From an uncultured Actinomycetes bacterium (GTDB lineage Bacteria; Actinomycetota; Thermoleophilia; RBG-16-64-13), in NCBI GenBank assembly GCA_963841735.1, contig CAWJDT010000001.1, positions 192,001 to 256,000 of the forward strand: a stretch of DNA of 64,000 nucleotides, in the 5' to 3' direction. A program made the position numbers and the translations under genes. Below the pieces are notes generated by a model. That model saw only the letters and a list, made by a program, of their open reading frames with translations. It was not told where the DNA came from and did no database searches. Of this stretch, positions 36,639 to 45,346 are shown piece after piece; the first letter of the stretch is position 1, and each line of letters opens with the position of its first letter.

Positions 36639-36937
36639 ATGCACAACAAGAAGGGTCACCACCCCGGACACGGCCAAGCCGGCGGCAAGCCGGACACGGC
36701 AAGGCAGGACACGGCCACGGTGGCCACGGCCATCATCACCCAGGCTCTTCGCCTGAACAAGATCACCACGATCCCGCGCGGCAGCAGTCGTTCGCCGGCC
36801 CGTCGCACACCGGCGCGCCCGAAGCGAGCCACTCCGGACAGGCAGTGTCGTTTCCCCCGGCTGAGGATTGCCCGAAAAGGGGCGGCTCGGCCGACTGCCC
36901 GAGAGATTGCCGCAACTGTCCAAACCACGGACTGTAG
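36639..36937 (+). CDS. Small His/Gly-rich protein with C-terminal Cys cluster; probable frameshift near 36685
   Basis: GGAGG then ATG 36639 gives MHNKKGHHPGHGQAG; continues in the 36602 frame as GHGKAGHGHGGHGHHH...CPKRGGSADCPRDCRNCPNHGL. Confidence 0.6.
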
Positions 36938-37068
36938 ACAAACACTGAGCCCCACCTAGACTATTGTGAACAGATCGAGGTTATTGAGGCACGGCACATG
37001 CTCATGTCCTTCTCGGTACTCACCTTGCAGGTATTCTGACCCACCAAGCCCGGCCTCTCGGCCTGCTC

Positions 37069-39753
37069 TCAGTCTTCAGCATCTCCCCCGCGCCATTTCT
37101 CCCCTTCTGCCAGCACTCGCTCGAATATCAAGCCGGCAGCTTGGCTGTAGGGCCGGCTGAATGCTTCCGGGAATTCCCTTCTTAGCGCCTCAAGATCGAT
37201 GGGGGCCACTTCCACCAGAAAGCCGCTGCTTGCCATGCCCGCGCAGTTCTTGGAAGTAATGCCGTGCGGCGAGATGGTGTTTATGGCGCCTCCCCTGTCG
37301 AGCACTCCCGGCGCAAGGAAGTCTTGCCTGGCCCCGTGGTCGACGTAGGCCACCCCGGGCATCACCCTTTCCATGACCCGAGCACCCACCAGGACCCCGC
37401 CCCTCTCGTTGAAGACCTTGCAGATGTCGCCGTCCGCGATGCCGCGTTTGGCGGCTTCCGAGGGATGCAGCCAGACCGGCTCATACATGTAGCCATCGGG
37501 CCCTTTGACCTTGCAGGTGGGGATCTCCCGGTTCCAGCTCAGATCATCCATCTGCGCGTGCACCCTGTGCCGGGGGTGGTTGGACATGCACAGCAGTGGA
37601 TATTCCTTGGCCCGCGCACTGGAGATCCGCTCGTCATGGAGCCTGCTCTTCTCCACCCAGTGCGGCACCGGCGGTCTTTCGTCATCGTCGGGGAAGTGCT
37701 TCTTCAAGTCTAGAGACTCGAACTCCAGCTTGCCCGACGGAGTGGAGAGCGGATTGGCCTCGGGATCGCGATAGAAGTCGTACATGCCCGCCGAGTAGGT
37801 CTCCCAGTTGGGATCGGACGGCACCACGTAGTACTGCTTCTCCTTGAAGGTCTCCCAGTCGAGCAGGCCTCTCTCGGGGATCCCGCTCTGGTCGAAGCCA
37901 TGTTTGATCCAATCCTGGATGCTCTTGCCCTCGGTGTACTCTTCGAGCAGGCCCAGCCTCTCGGCCACCATGCAGACGATCTCGTAGTCACTCTTCGATT
38001 CCCCCAGCGGCTCGATGCACTTGTGCTCCAGGTACACCATCTCGAAGGTGACGCTCTCGGTGTCGTCGCCTATGTCATCCTCCTCGAATTTGGTGCTCAC
38101 CGGCAGGATGAGGTCGGCAAAGAGACAGTCGTTTTCGAGCCAGGGATGCTGCGCCATGAAGAACTCTATGGAGGGATGCTGGAAGGCTTCGGCGATGCGG
38201 TTGCTGTCGTTCCAGCAGGTCATGAGGCAGGGCGTGTCGGTCCAGATCATGTGGATGGGCGAGCAGCCCTCGGCGGGATACTCGTACCTGATGAACTGTT
38301 CCGCGGCCGGGGTACTCTGCAGTGAGCTCCCGTTGACTACGAACTTGCCGTCGAGAATGGCGTCGTGGACCAAAGTCTTGGGGATCCATTGCTTCGGCAG
38401 CCCGGTGAACGGGAAAGGCGAGTAGCCCCGATACGCGGCCCTGATGTTCACGCTGGGGTTGTTGATGATGCTGCCCGGAGAGGGCGGAAAGGCCGGATGG
38501 TCTTCGGAGCCGAACACCGCCCGGTTGATGATGGCAAACGAATGCTGCCCCGGTTTGCCCAGCCCCTGCATGGCAAGCAGGGCGCCCTCCAGGCGGGCCG
38601 GCTCGTGCGAGTAGGGCCCCCGGATATAGGGCCCGCCCAAGCCGTGTACCACCGAGGTCCGTTGCTTGGCCCACGCTCTGGCGAGGGCTTTGATGGTCCG
38701 CGCGGGGACGTGGGTCTTCTGCGCCGCCCACTGCGGGGTCTTGGGCACTCCGTCATCCTTGCCCAACACATAGTCCGCGAAGGCTTCAAACCCGACGCTG
38801 TGAGTGGCCACGTATTCCTTGTCATACGTGTCGTTGACGATCCACTGGTAGGCGATGGCCAGCTGTAGCGCCGCGTCGGTGTTGGGCAGTATGGGTATCC
38901 ATTTGTCGGCGAACACGGCGGCACCGTAGTTCAGGTCCGGGCACACATAGATCTGCTTGATGCCGAGGTCCTTCCAGAAGCTGCAGAACCGGCCGACGTA
39001 GTCGCCGGCGCTGAACCCCCGCGTGGTCGTGACAGGATCGCAGCCCCAGAACAGCAGCAGATCGCTGTTGCGCGAGATGTCCGGATACACGTTGGTGGGG
39101 CTGGGCATCAAACCGAAAGGCTCGCCCCCCCAGAAATGCTTTGTGCCCCAGTACCAGCCCTCCCAGCTGTCCGCGTTGCGCACCTGCAGCGTGCAGCCAC
39201 CAAGCATGTCCAGCAGCCTCACCTGGCATCCATGCGGCCCGTGAACCGACTTGGTCTCACCGTGGCCGTCGGCCTGGGCGAACACAGCCCAAGGGCCGTA
39301 CTTCTCGATGACCCTTTTCAGCTCCCCGGTGATGATATCCAGAGCCTCGTCCCAGGAGATCCTCGCGTAGCCGCTCTTGCCCCGATTCTGAGCATTCCGC
39401 CCGCCCTGGCCGGTGGAGCCGGGAGCCCCATTCGGATCCCAGTCGACCCGCTTGAGCGGATACAAGATGCGGTTGGGGGAGTAGATGCTCTTCTTGTAGC
39501 CCAGGCCGAAAGGACCGATGGTGGTCTTCAGCGGCACGTCAAAGATCTTGCCCCGGGCTTCGATCTTCCAGGGCCGGAACTCCTCCGGCTTGTACTTCCA
39601 GTCGTAGGGCAGTGGTCTGATACGCACGATCTTGCCGTCCTTGACGTCCACCGCCGCAACGTGCGAACCGATGCTGAAAGCGCAGAGACCGGTGCTCTTG
39701 ATGTATGTCTGCTCTGCGCCGGTGCTTTCTTCCTTCTCTGTCATCTTGCCCAC
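37069..39753 (-). CDS. Transhydroxylase-family Mo-bisPGD alpha subunit, subtype II (copy 4)
   Basis: DGHGETKSVH, RNADSWEGWYWG, DRGGAINTI; no Fe-S motif or TAT signal. Confidence 0.87.
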   Translation of the reverse strand: MGKMTEKEESTGAEQTYIKSTGLCAFSIGSHVAAVDVKDGKIVRIRPLPYDWKYKPEEFRPWKIEARGKIFDVPLKTTIGPFGLGYKKSIYSPNRILYPLKRVDWDPNGAPGSTGQGGRNAQNRGKSGYARISWDEALDIITGELKRVIEKYGPWAVFAQADGHGETKSVHGPHGCQVRLLDMLGGCTLQVRNADSWEGWYWGTKHFWGGEPFGLMPSPTNVYPDISRNSDLLLFWGCDPVTTTRGFSAGDYVGRFCSFWKDLGIKQIYVCPDLNYGAAVFADKWIPILPNTDAALQLAIAYQWIVNDTYDKEYVATHSVGFEAFADYVLGKDDGVPKTPQWAAQKTHVPARTIKALARAWAKQRTSVVHGLGGPYIRGPYSHEPARLEGALLAMQGLGKPGQHSFAIINRAVFGSEDHPAFPPSPGSIINNPSVNIRAAYRGYSPFPFTGLPKQWIPKTLVHDAILDGKFVVNGSSLQSTPAAEQFIRYEYPAEGCSPIHMIWTDTPCLMTCWNDSNRIAEAFQHPSIEFFMAQHPWLENDCLFADLILPVSTKFEEDDIGDDTESVTFEMVYLEHKCIEPLGESKSDYEIVCMVAERLGLLEEYTEGKSIQDWIKHGFDQSGIPERGLLDWETFKEKQYYVVPSDPNWETYSAGMYDFYRDPEANPLSTPSGKLEFESLDLKKHFPDDDERPPVPHWVEKSRLHDERISSARAKEYPLLCMSNHPRHRVHAQMDDLSWNREIPTCKVKGPDGYMYEPVWLHPSEAAKRGIADGDICKVFNERGGVLVGARVMERVMPGVAYVDHGARQDFLAPGVLDRGGAINTISPHGITSKNCAGMASSGFLVEVAPIDLEALRREFPEAFSRPYSQAAGLIFERVLAEGEKWRGGDAED

Positions 39754-39765
39754 CTGGTTTGGAGG

Positions 39766-40602
39766 TCAGGTCCGCGTGATGGGCTCTCGGAGATGTAGCT
39801 CGATATCCCCAACGTTGACGTCTTGCGTCGCCTCGATCGGCTCGACCACCTTCGCGAGGTAGCCGGCCTTCTCGATACGCAAGGAGTACTCACCCGGTTC
39901 CTGGCGCTCGAACCAGAAGTCGCCAAAGTCGTCGGTCTCCAAAGAAGCCGCCTCCTTGCTCTCCGCGTTGGTGAGCGTGACGGTCGCGCCTATTAGGCAC
40001 TCGTCGGCGTCGGGGTCAAACACCGCGCCCGCTACAAAGTACTTGTTCGGCAAATTGAGGTAGCGCACGCGGGGCTTGGTCTGGGCCTCGGGCTTCAGCG
40101 TCTCCGCCTTGGCTATCAGCTCCTTCAGCTCCGCTTCCTCGCCGAACCTCAGCGCACCTGTTGGGCAGGCATCCACGCAACGAGGCTCCTTCCAGTCCTT
40201 GTCCAGAAGGTGCGCGCACATGGTGCACTTTTGAGAGATGTTCAGATCGTCATTGAAGTAGATGGCGCCGTACGGGCAGGCAGCGATACAGCTGTGCGCG
40301 CCGGCACATTTCTGCGGGTCGATGATGACTATTCCGTCATCCCGCTTGTAGATGGCTCCCGATTCGCAGGCAGACAGGCAAGGGGCATCATCGCAATGCT
40401 GGCAGATGTCGAGCATGTACCGCACTCTGACTTTCGGCACTGTGCCCTGCACGATGTCGGTCACCTTCATCCAGAAATGCCCCGTGTCGGGCTGCGGCTT
40501 CGCGATCGGGGTCCAGTCGTTGGAGACGTGCTCGTCCTTGCATGCCACCTGGCAGTTGTAGCAGCCGTTGCACTTGTCGATGTCGATCACGAGGGCTTTC
40601 AT
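39766..40602 (-). CDS. Transhydroxylase-type Fe-S beta subunit (copy 2)
   Basis: CNGCYNCQVAC, CQHCDDAPCLSAC, CAGAHSCIAACP, CTMC...PRCVDACP, TDDFGDFWFE; ATG at 40602. Confidence 0.87.
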   Translation of the reverse strand: MKALVIDIDKCNGCYNCQVACKDEHVSNDWTPIAKPQPDTGHFWMKVTDIVQGTVPKVRVRYMLDICQHCDDAPCLSACESGAIYKRDDGIVIIDPQKCAGAHSCIAACPYGAIYFNDDLNISQKCTMCAHLLDKDWKEPRCVDACPTGALRFGEEAELKELIAKAETLKPEAQTKPRVRYLNLPNKYFVAGAVFDPDADECLIGATVTLTNAESKEAASLETDDFGDFWFERQEPGEYSLRIEKAGYLAKVVEPIEATQDVNVGDIELHLREPITRT

Positions 40603-40630
40603 GATGCCTGACCTTTGTTTGATGATTGCG

Positions 40631-43252
40631 TCACGCCAACATCCTCTCCCAAGCGAGCCCCGAAGCCTTGTCGTAGGGCCGGGCGAAGACATCGGGGTAC
40701 TGCTTGCTTAGCTCTTCCAGGTCCACGGGGGCGATATCCACCAAGAAACCTCCCGACACCATGCCGGTGGCATTCTTGGAGATGGTGTTGCGGGGAGTGA
40801 GCGTGTTGATGGCACCACCGCGCTCGAGTTCGCCCACCACTATCGGGTCGTACCGAGAACCGTGGTCCACTGAGACCACCCCGGGCATGATGCGCTCTGT
40901 CACGTAAGCCCCCACCAACACCGCGCCGCGCTCGTTGAAGACTCTGAGGATATCGCGGTGCTTGATGCCGCGGGCCGCCGCGTCATCTGGATGGATCCAC
41001 GCGGTCTGATACGCATATCCATCGGGGCCCACGATCTTGTTGGTCTCGATCTCGCGCAGCCACTTCATGTCGTCGTGCTGCGAGTGCACCTTCCACCGCG
41101 GGTGATGCGAGACACACAAGAGCGGGTACAGCTTGGCGCGGTCGCCGCTCAGCCGTTCGTCATGGCTGGGACCGCGCTCTATCCAGTGCGGCACAGGCGG
41201 CCGCTCAGTGTCATCGGGGAAGTTGTCGGCCAAGCGCTGGGAGAAGAACTCCAACTTGCCGGTGGGCGTCGTGAGCGGATGGTTCTCGGGGTCTTCGGCA
41301 AAGCCGCGCAGGCCGATCTCGTTGTTCTGCCAATCGGGGTCGGTCGGGATGACATAGTGACCGGCCTCCTTGAACTCGTCCCAGGTGATCAGGTCGCCTA
41401 TGCCCGAGGTGTCGAAGCCCACCCTGATCCACTCGTCCACCGTCTTGCCCTCGGTGAGCTGTTCCAACATGCCCAGCTTCTCGGCGACGGCGCAAACCGT
41501 CTCGTAGTCACTCTTGCTCTCGCCCAGCGGCTCGATGCACTTCTCATCCAAGAACAGCGTGCCGAACTCGGCGGTGTAGTTGTCTATGCCGATGTCCTCG
41601 TTCTCGAACTTGGTGGTGCCCGGCAGGATGATGTCGGCGAAGTGGCAGTCGTTCTCCAACCAGGGATGTTGGGCCACGATGAACTCTATCTTGGGGCTCT
41701 GGAAGGCCTGGCCCATGTAGTTGGTGTCGTTCCAGCAGGTCATCAGCGAGGGCGAGTCGGTCCAGATCATACGCAGCTCGGAGCAACCTTCCACCGGATA
41801 CTGGTACTTGACGAACTGGTCCTCGGTAAGCGCCCGGCTCTGCGTGGTGCCGTACCAGGTGAGAGGCTTCTCGTGGGTCGCTTCGTTGATGGCACGGTGC
41901 ACCAGGTCCTTGGGTATGAACTGCTTCGGCAGCCCGCCCACCTTGGGAGCGCCCCGCTCGGCCGCGCCCAGATCCGGATACACCAGGTGGCGCGGCACCG
42001 GAACCGACCCGCCGAAGGCGAACTTCGGCGGGTCGCCCACCCGCTTGCCCATGAGTCCCCACTCGATGGTGGTGAGCATGTGACGTCCGGGCTTGCCCAG
42101 GCCCTGCATGCCCAGCAGGCAGACCTCGGTGCGCATGTTCTCGGTAGCGTAAGGTGCGCGCGCCATATTGCCCCCGTTGGCGTGCACGGTGCAGGTGGGA
42201 CCGCCGGCCCAGACCCTAGCCAGCGCTTTGATGATGCGAGACGGCACCCCGGTCTTACCTTCGGCCCATTTGGGGGTCTTGGGCTCGCCGTCTTCCTCGC
42301 CCAGAACATAGGCCGCGAACTTGTCGAAGCCCACCACGTGCGTCTCTACGTACTCCTTGTCGTAAGTGCCTTCGGTGATCCACTGGTGGGCGATGGCGAG
42401 GTTCAGGGCCGCGTCGGTGTTGGGGAGTATGGGTATCCACTTGTCGGCATGCACTGCCGTGCCGTAGTTCACGTCGGGGCATACGTATATCTGCTTGATG
42501 CCCAACTCGGTGAACCAGTAGCAGAGCTGACTCACTGTCTGTCCGCCCCAGCCCCAGGTGGTGGTCTCGGGGTCGCAGCCCTGGAAGATGAGCGTCTGGG
42601 AGTGCTCCGCTATGTCGGGGATGATGTTCGATTGATAGGCGGCCTTGCCCACCGGCTCGTTGCCCCAGACGTGCTTGGCGCCCCAATACCAGCCCTCCCA
42701 GCTGTCGGGGTTGCGAGTCTGTATGGTGGCCTCGCCCATGAGCGACAGCAGCCTGCGATTGCAGCCGTGCGCGGCATGGATGACCTTGCCCTCGCCGTGG
42801 CCATCGTGCTGGCAGAAGATGCTGGAGAAGCCATACTCCTTGTCCACTCGCCGTATCTCGGCCGCGATGAGGTCGGTGGCCTCGTCCCAGGTGACGCGCA
42901 CGTACTTGCTCTTGCCTCGGTTCTGCGCGTTACGTCCGCCGGGACCGGTGGAGCCGGGCGCGCCGCTCGGATCCCAATCCACGCGCTTGAGGGGATACAA
43001 CACCCGGTTGGGTGAGTCGATGCGGTTCTTGTAGGCCAGGGTGAACGGCGGGATGAGGCACTTCATGCTGGCCTCGAACACCTTGCCCCGGGCCTCCATA
43101 CGCCAGGGCTTGCGGTCGTACTTCCAGTCGAAGTGGAACGGCCTTATGCGGATGATCTTGCCGTCCTTGACGTCCACCTGCACGGTGTTGCCGTCCTGGG
43201 CGACCCCGTTGAAGCTGAGGCCCTTGACTACCGTCTTCTCGTTGTCACTCAT
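40631..43252 (-). CDS. Transhydroxylase-family Mo-bisPGD alpha subunit, subtype II (copy 5)
   Basis: DGHGEGKVIH, RNPDSWEGWYWG, ERGGAINTL; shares the GAPGSTGxGGRNAQNRGKS segment with copy 4. Confidence 0.87.
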   Translation of the reverse strand: MSDNEKTVVKGLSFNGVAQDGNTVQVDVKDGKIIRIRPFHFDWKYDRKPWRMEARGKVFEASMKCLIPPFTLAYKNRIDSPNRVLYPLKRVDWDPSGAPGSTGPGGRNAQNRGKSKYVRVTWDEATDLIAAEIRRVDKEYGFSSIFCQHDGHGEGKVIHAAHGCNRRLLSLMGEATIQTRNPDSWEGWYWGAKHVWGNEPVGKAAYQSNIIPDIAEHSQTLIFQGCDPETTTWGWGGQTVSQLCYWFTELGIKQIYVCPDVNYGTAVHADKWIPILPNTDAALNLAIAHQWITEGTYDKEYVETHVVGFDKFAAYVLGEEDGEPKTPKWAEGKTGVPSRIIKALARVWAGGPTCTVHANGGNMARAPYATENMRTEVCLLGMQGLGKPGRHMLTTIEWGLMGKRVGDPPKFAFGGSVPVPRHLVYPDLGAAERGAPKVGGLPKQFIPKDLVHRAINEATHEKPLTWYGTTQSRALTEDQFVKYQYPVEGCSELRMIWTDSPSLMTCWNDTNYMGQAFQSPKIEFIVAQHPWLENDCHFADIILPGTTKFENEDIGIDNYTAEFGTLFLDEKCIEPLGESKSDYETVCAVAEKLGMLEQLTEGKTVDEWIRVGFDTSGIGDLITWDEFKEAGHYVIPTDPDWQNNEIGLRGFAEDPENHPLTTPTGKLEFFSQRLADNFPDDTERPPVPHWIERGPSHDERLSGDRAKLYPLLCVSHHPRWKVHSQHDDMKWLREIETNKIVGPDGYAYQTAWIHPDDAAARGIKHRDILRVFNERGAVLVGAYVTERIMPGVVSVDHGSRYDPIVVGELERGGAINTLTPRNTISKNATGMVSGGFLVDIAPVDLEELSKQYPDVFARPYDKASGLAWERMLA

Positions 43253-43467
43253 ACATCAATCGGCCTTTCTCAGTTTCGCGATGCCGGCGTGATCGATCTC
43301 GAATGTCCCCGGGTCGACGACAATTTTGCGCTGGATGTAGTGCCACATCGTAGCTACCGCGATCTGGTCTATCATTCCAGCCATCGACTTCTTTCCCGAG
43401 CTTGCGGATTATCTTGAACGAGTCTAGACTAGTAACTTCGGAAAGTAAATACCCATGGAGTTGACCA

Positions 43468-43935
43468 GTGGCAGGCAACCCGAAGCCCGCGGGCTTGATA
43501 AAGACCCTCGACGCCTCGATCAACGCATTCAACCAGGATGGCCGGCTCGGACGCGAGAGGGCGACTAGACGCGCGAGTCGCGTCACTGGCCTAGACTGGA
43601 CCTACTCAGCCCTTCTGATGGTCGAAGGAATGAAAGAATACGGGGCGCTTCGCATGACCGAGTTGGCAGAGCTGGTGGGTACCGCGCCGCCGACAGTCAC
43701 CAAGCTGATCAAGGACCTCGAGGGGAAAGGACTCGTCAACAAGACACCCGACGAGCAGGACGGACGGGTGAGTATCGTGAGTCTCACCGAGGAGGGCCAG
43801 CGGGTGGCGGAGGCGATAGGCAGCGCACGATTGGAGGCACTGCGGCAGGTCATGGATGGTTGGGACAAGGACGATCTGCAGCAGTTCACGGTCTTGTTTG
43901 AAAGACTTCGGGCAGACATGAGCCGGCTCTCCTAG
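43468..43935 (+). CDS. MarR-family transcriptional regulator
   Basis: MTELAELVG..PPTVTKLIKDLEGKGLV..DEQDGRV...LTEEG. Confidence 0.9.
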   Translation: MAGNPKPAGLIKTLDASINAFNQDGRLGRERATRRASRVTGLDWTYSALLMVEGMKEYGALRMTELAELVGTAPPTVTKLIKDLEGKGLVNKTPDEQDGRVSIVSLTEEGQRVAEAIGSARLEALRQVMDGWDKDDLQQFTVLFERLRADMSRLS

Positions 43936-43969
43936 GATCCCCCACCTTCGTGGGAGAGAAGAAGAACAA

Positions 43970-45346
43970 GTGGAGTTGAGGATCCCTCTAGCCATCATTG
44001 GAAACGGCGCAGCCGCCGCTGAGGCGGTGTTGGCACTACGGGCCAGTGGCTACGACGGTGACATCCACCTGTTTTGTGACAACCGCCGGGCTCCCTACAA
44101 CCCGATGCTGGGCACCTACATCGTCTCGGGGGCGATACCGGTGGAGCGGGCCTTCCCCTTTGGAGACGAGCGCGGGTTCTATGGAGCCAATCGGGTCGCC
44201 GCCCACCTGGGTGAGACCGTGATCACTCTTGACGCCGCCGAGCAGGTCCTTGTCACCTCTGACGGCGGCTCGTACCGCTACGACCGTTGTCTTGTGGCCA
44301 GCGGGGCGCGGCCGTCGCTGCCTCCCGTGCAAGGATTGCGGGAGGCGCTTGGCGGCGGGCGCCTAGACGCACCGCGCACTGAGGAGCGCACAGGACGGCG
44401 CGTCTTCACCTTGCGGACTCTTGATGACGCGCTGGCTTTGAAGAGCGCGGTCGATGAGCTGCACACTCGTCCGGGCGAGCCTGCGCGCGCGGCGGTGATA
44501 GGCGCCTCGTTTGTGGGCGTGAAGATCGCGGCTACGCTGCGCGACCTGGGCCTACGCGTCTGCCTCATCGAGCGGGAGCCCACCATCCTCCCGTTGGGCG
44601 CCCACCCGGAGTGCGCCCGTCTGATGCAGACCCACTTACTCGAGGAGGGGTACGAGCTGCGTTTGGGAGCGGCACTTGCCGCCATCGACACTGGGGGTGG
44701 CACCGGCGGCGGGACCAGCACCGGGGCGATCCGCGCACCTGTGCGCCTGTACTTCGGCGCCGGCGACCGGGGCGCCGGCCCAAGCGGTGCCGACGAGACC
44801 GCCTGTGACGACGGCACTCCCCACGAGGACGTCGATCTGGTGGTGGTCTGCTCCGGTACCCGGCCGTCTCTGGGCTTCTTGACCCCCGGCCAGGTCGCCA
44901 CCCGCGAAGGCATCCTGGTGGACGAGCAGCTCCGTTCGAACGTCCCCACTCTCTACGCCGCCGGCGACGTCGCCCAGGGCAAGAACTTGATGTCTGGGCG
45001 TCACGAGATCATCGGTCTGTGGGCCAGCGCCCGCTACCAAGGCCGCGCCGCGGGACGCAGTCTCGCCGGCGTGGCCTCCGAGTACCCTGGAGGCGTACCC
45101 TACAACATTAGCCACGTGGGCCGCCTGCTCTTTGCCGGCATCGGTTGCATGAAGGAATACGACCGCATGACCATCTGCCGGGACGGAGACGCGGTGCAGG
45201 TGCGAGTTTGGCAAGAAGGACGTTTGAGCGGCGTGAATCTATTGAACTGCTGCCTTTCCGCGGGCACTATGAGACAAGCCTTGCTGAGAGCGGCTACCGG
45301 CGCGGCGACCGAGATGGAGGTTACGTGGACAAGCTTCAGCGGATGA
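43970..45346 (+). CDS. FAD-dependent pyridine nucleotide-disulfide oxidoreductase (NirB/rubredoxin-reductase-like)
   Basis: IIGNGAAA, LVASGARP, VIGASFVG, TLYAAGDVA. Confidence 0.85.
   Translation: MELRIPLAIIGNGAAAAEAVLALRASGYDGDIHLFCDNRRAPYNPMLGTYIVSGAIPVERAFPFGDERGFYGANRVAAHLGETVITLDAAEQVLVTSDGGSYRYDRCLVASGARPSLPPVQGLREALGGGRLDAPRTEERTGRRVFTLRTLDDALALKSAVDELHTRPGEPARAAVIGASFVGVKIAATLRDLGLRVCLIEREPTILPLGAHPECARLMQTHLLEEGYELRLGAALAAIDTGGGTGGGTSTGAIRAPVRLYFGAGDRGAGPSGADETACDDGTPHEDVDLVVVCSGTRPSLGFLTPGQVATREGILVDEQLRSNVPTLYAAGDVAQGKNLMSGRHEIIGLWASARYQGRAAGRSLAGVASEYPGGVPYNISHVGRLLFAGIGCMKEYDRMTICRDGDAVQVRVWQEGRLSGVNLLNCCLSAGTMRQALLRAATGAATEMEVTWTSFSG

Noticed and set aside
36660-36730. Short tandem repeats as a CRISPR array or VNTR
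   Set aside because: These are degenerate units of about 15 bp without spacers, explained by GHG-repeat coding; no cas genes.
43433-43448. TAACTT-CGGA-AAGTAA imperfect palindrome as a MarR operator
   Set aside because: The position is plausible, but it is a single short imperfect copy and too weak to list as a feature.
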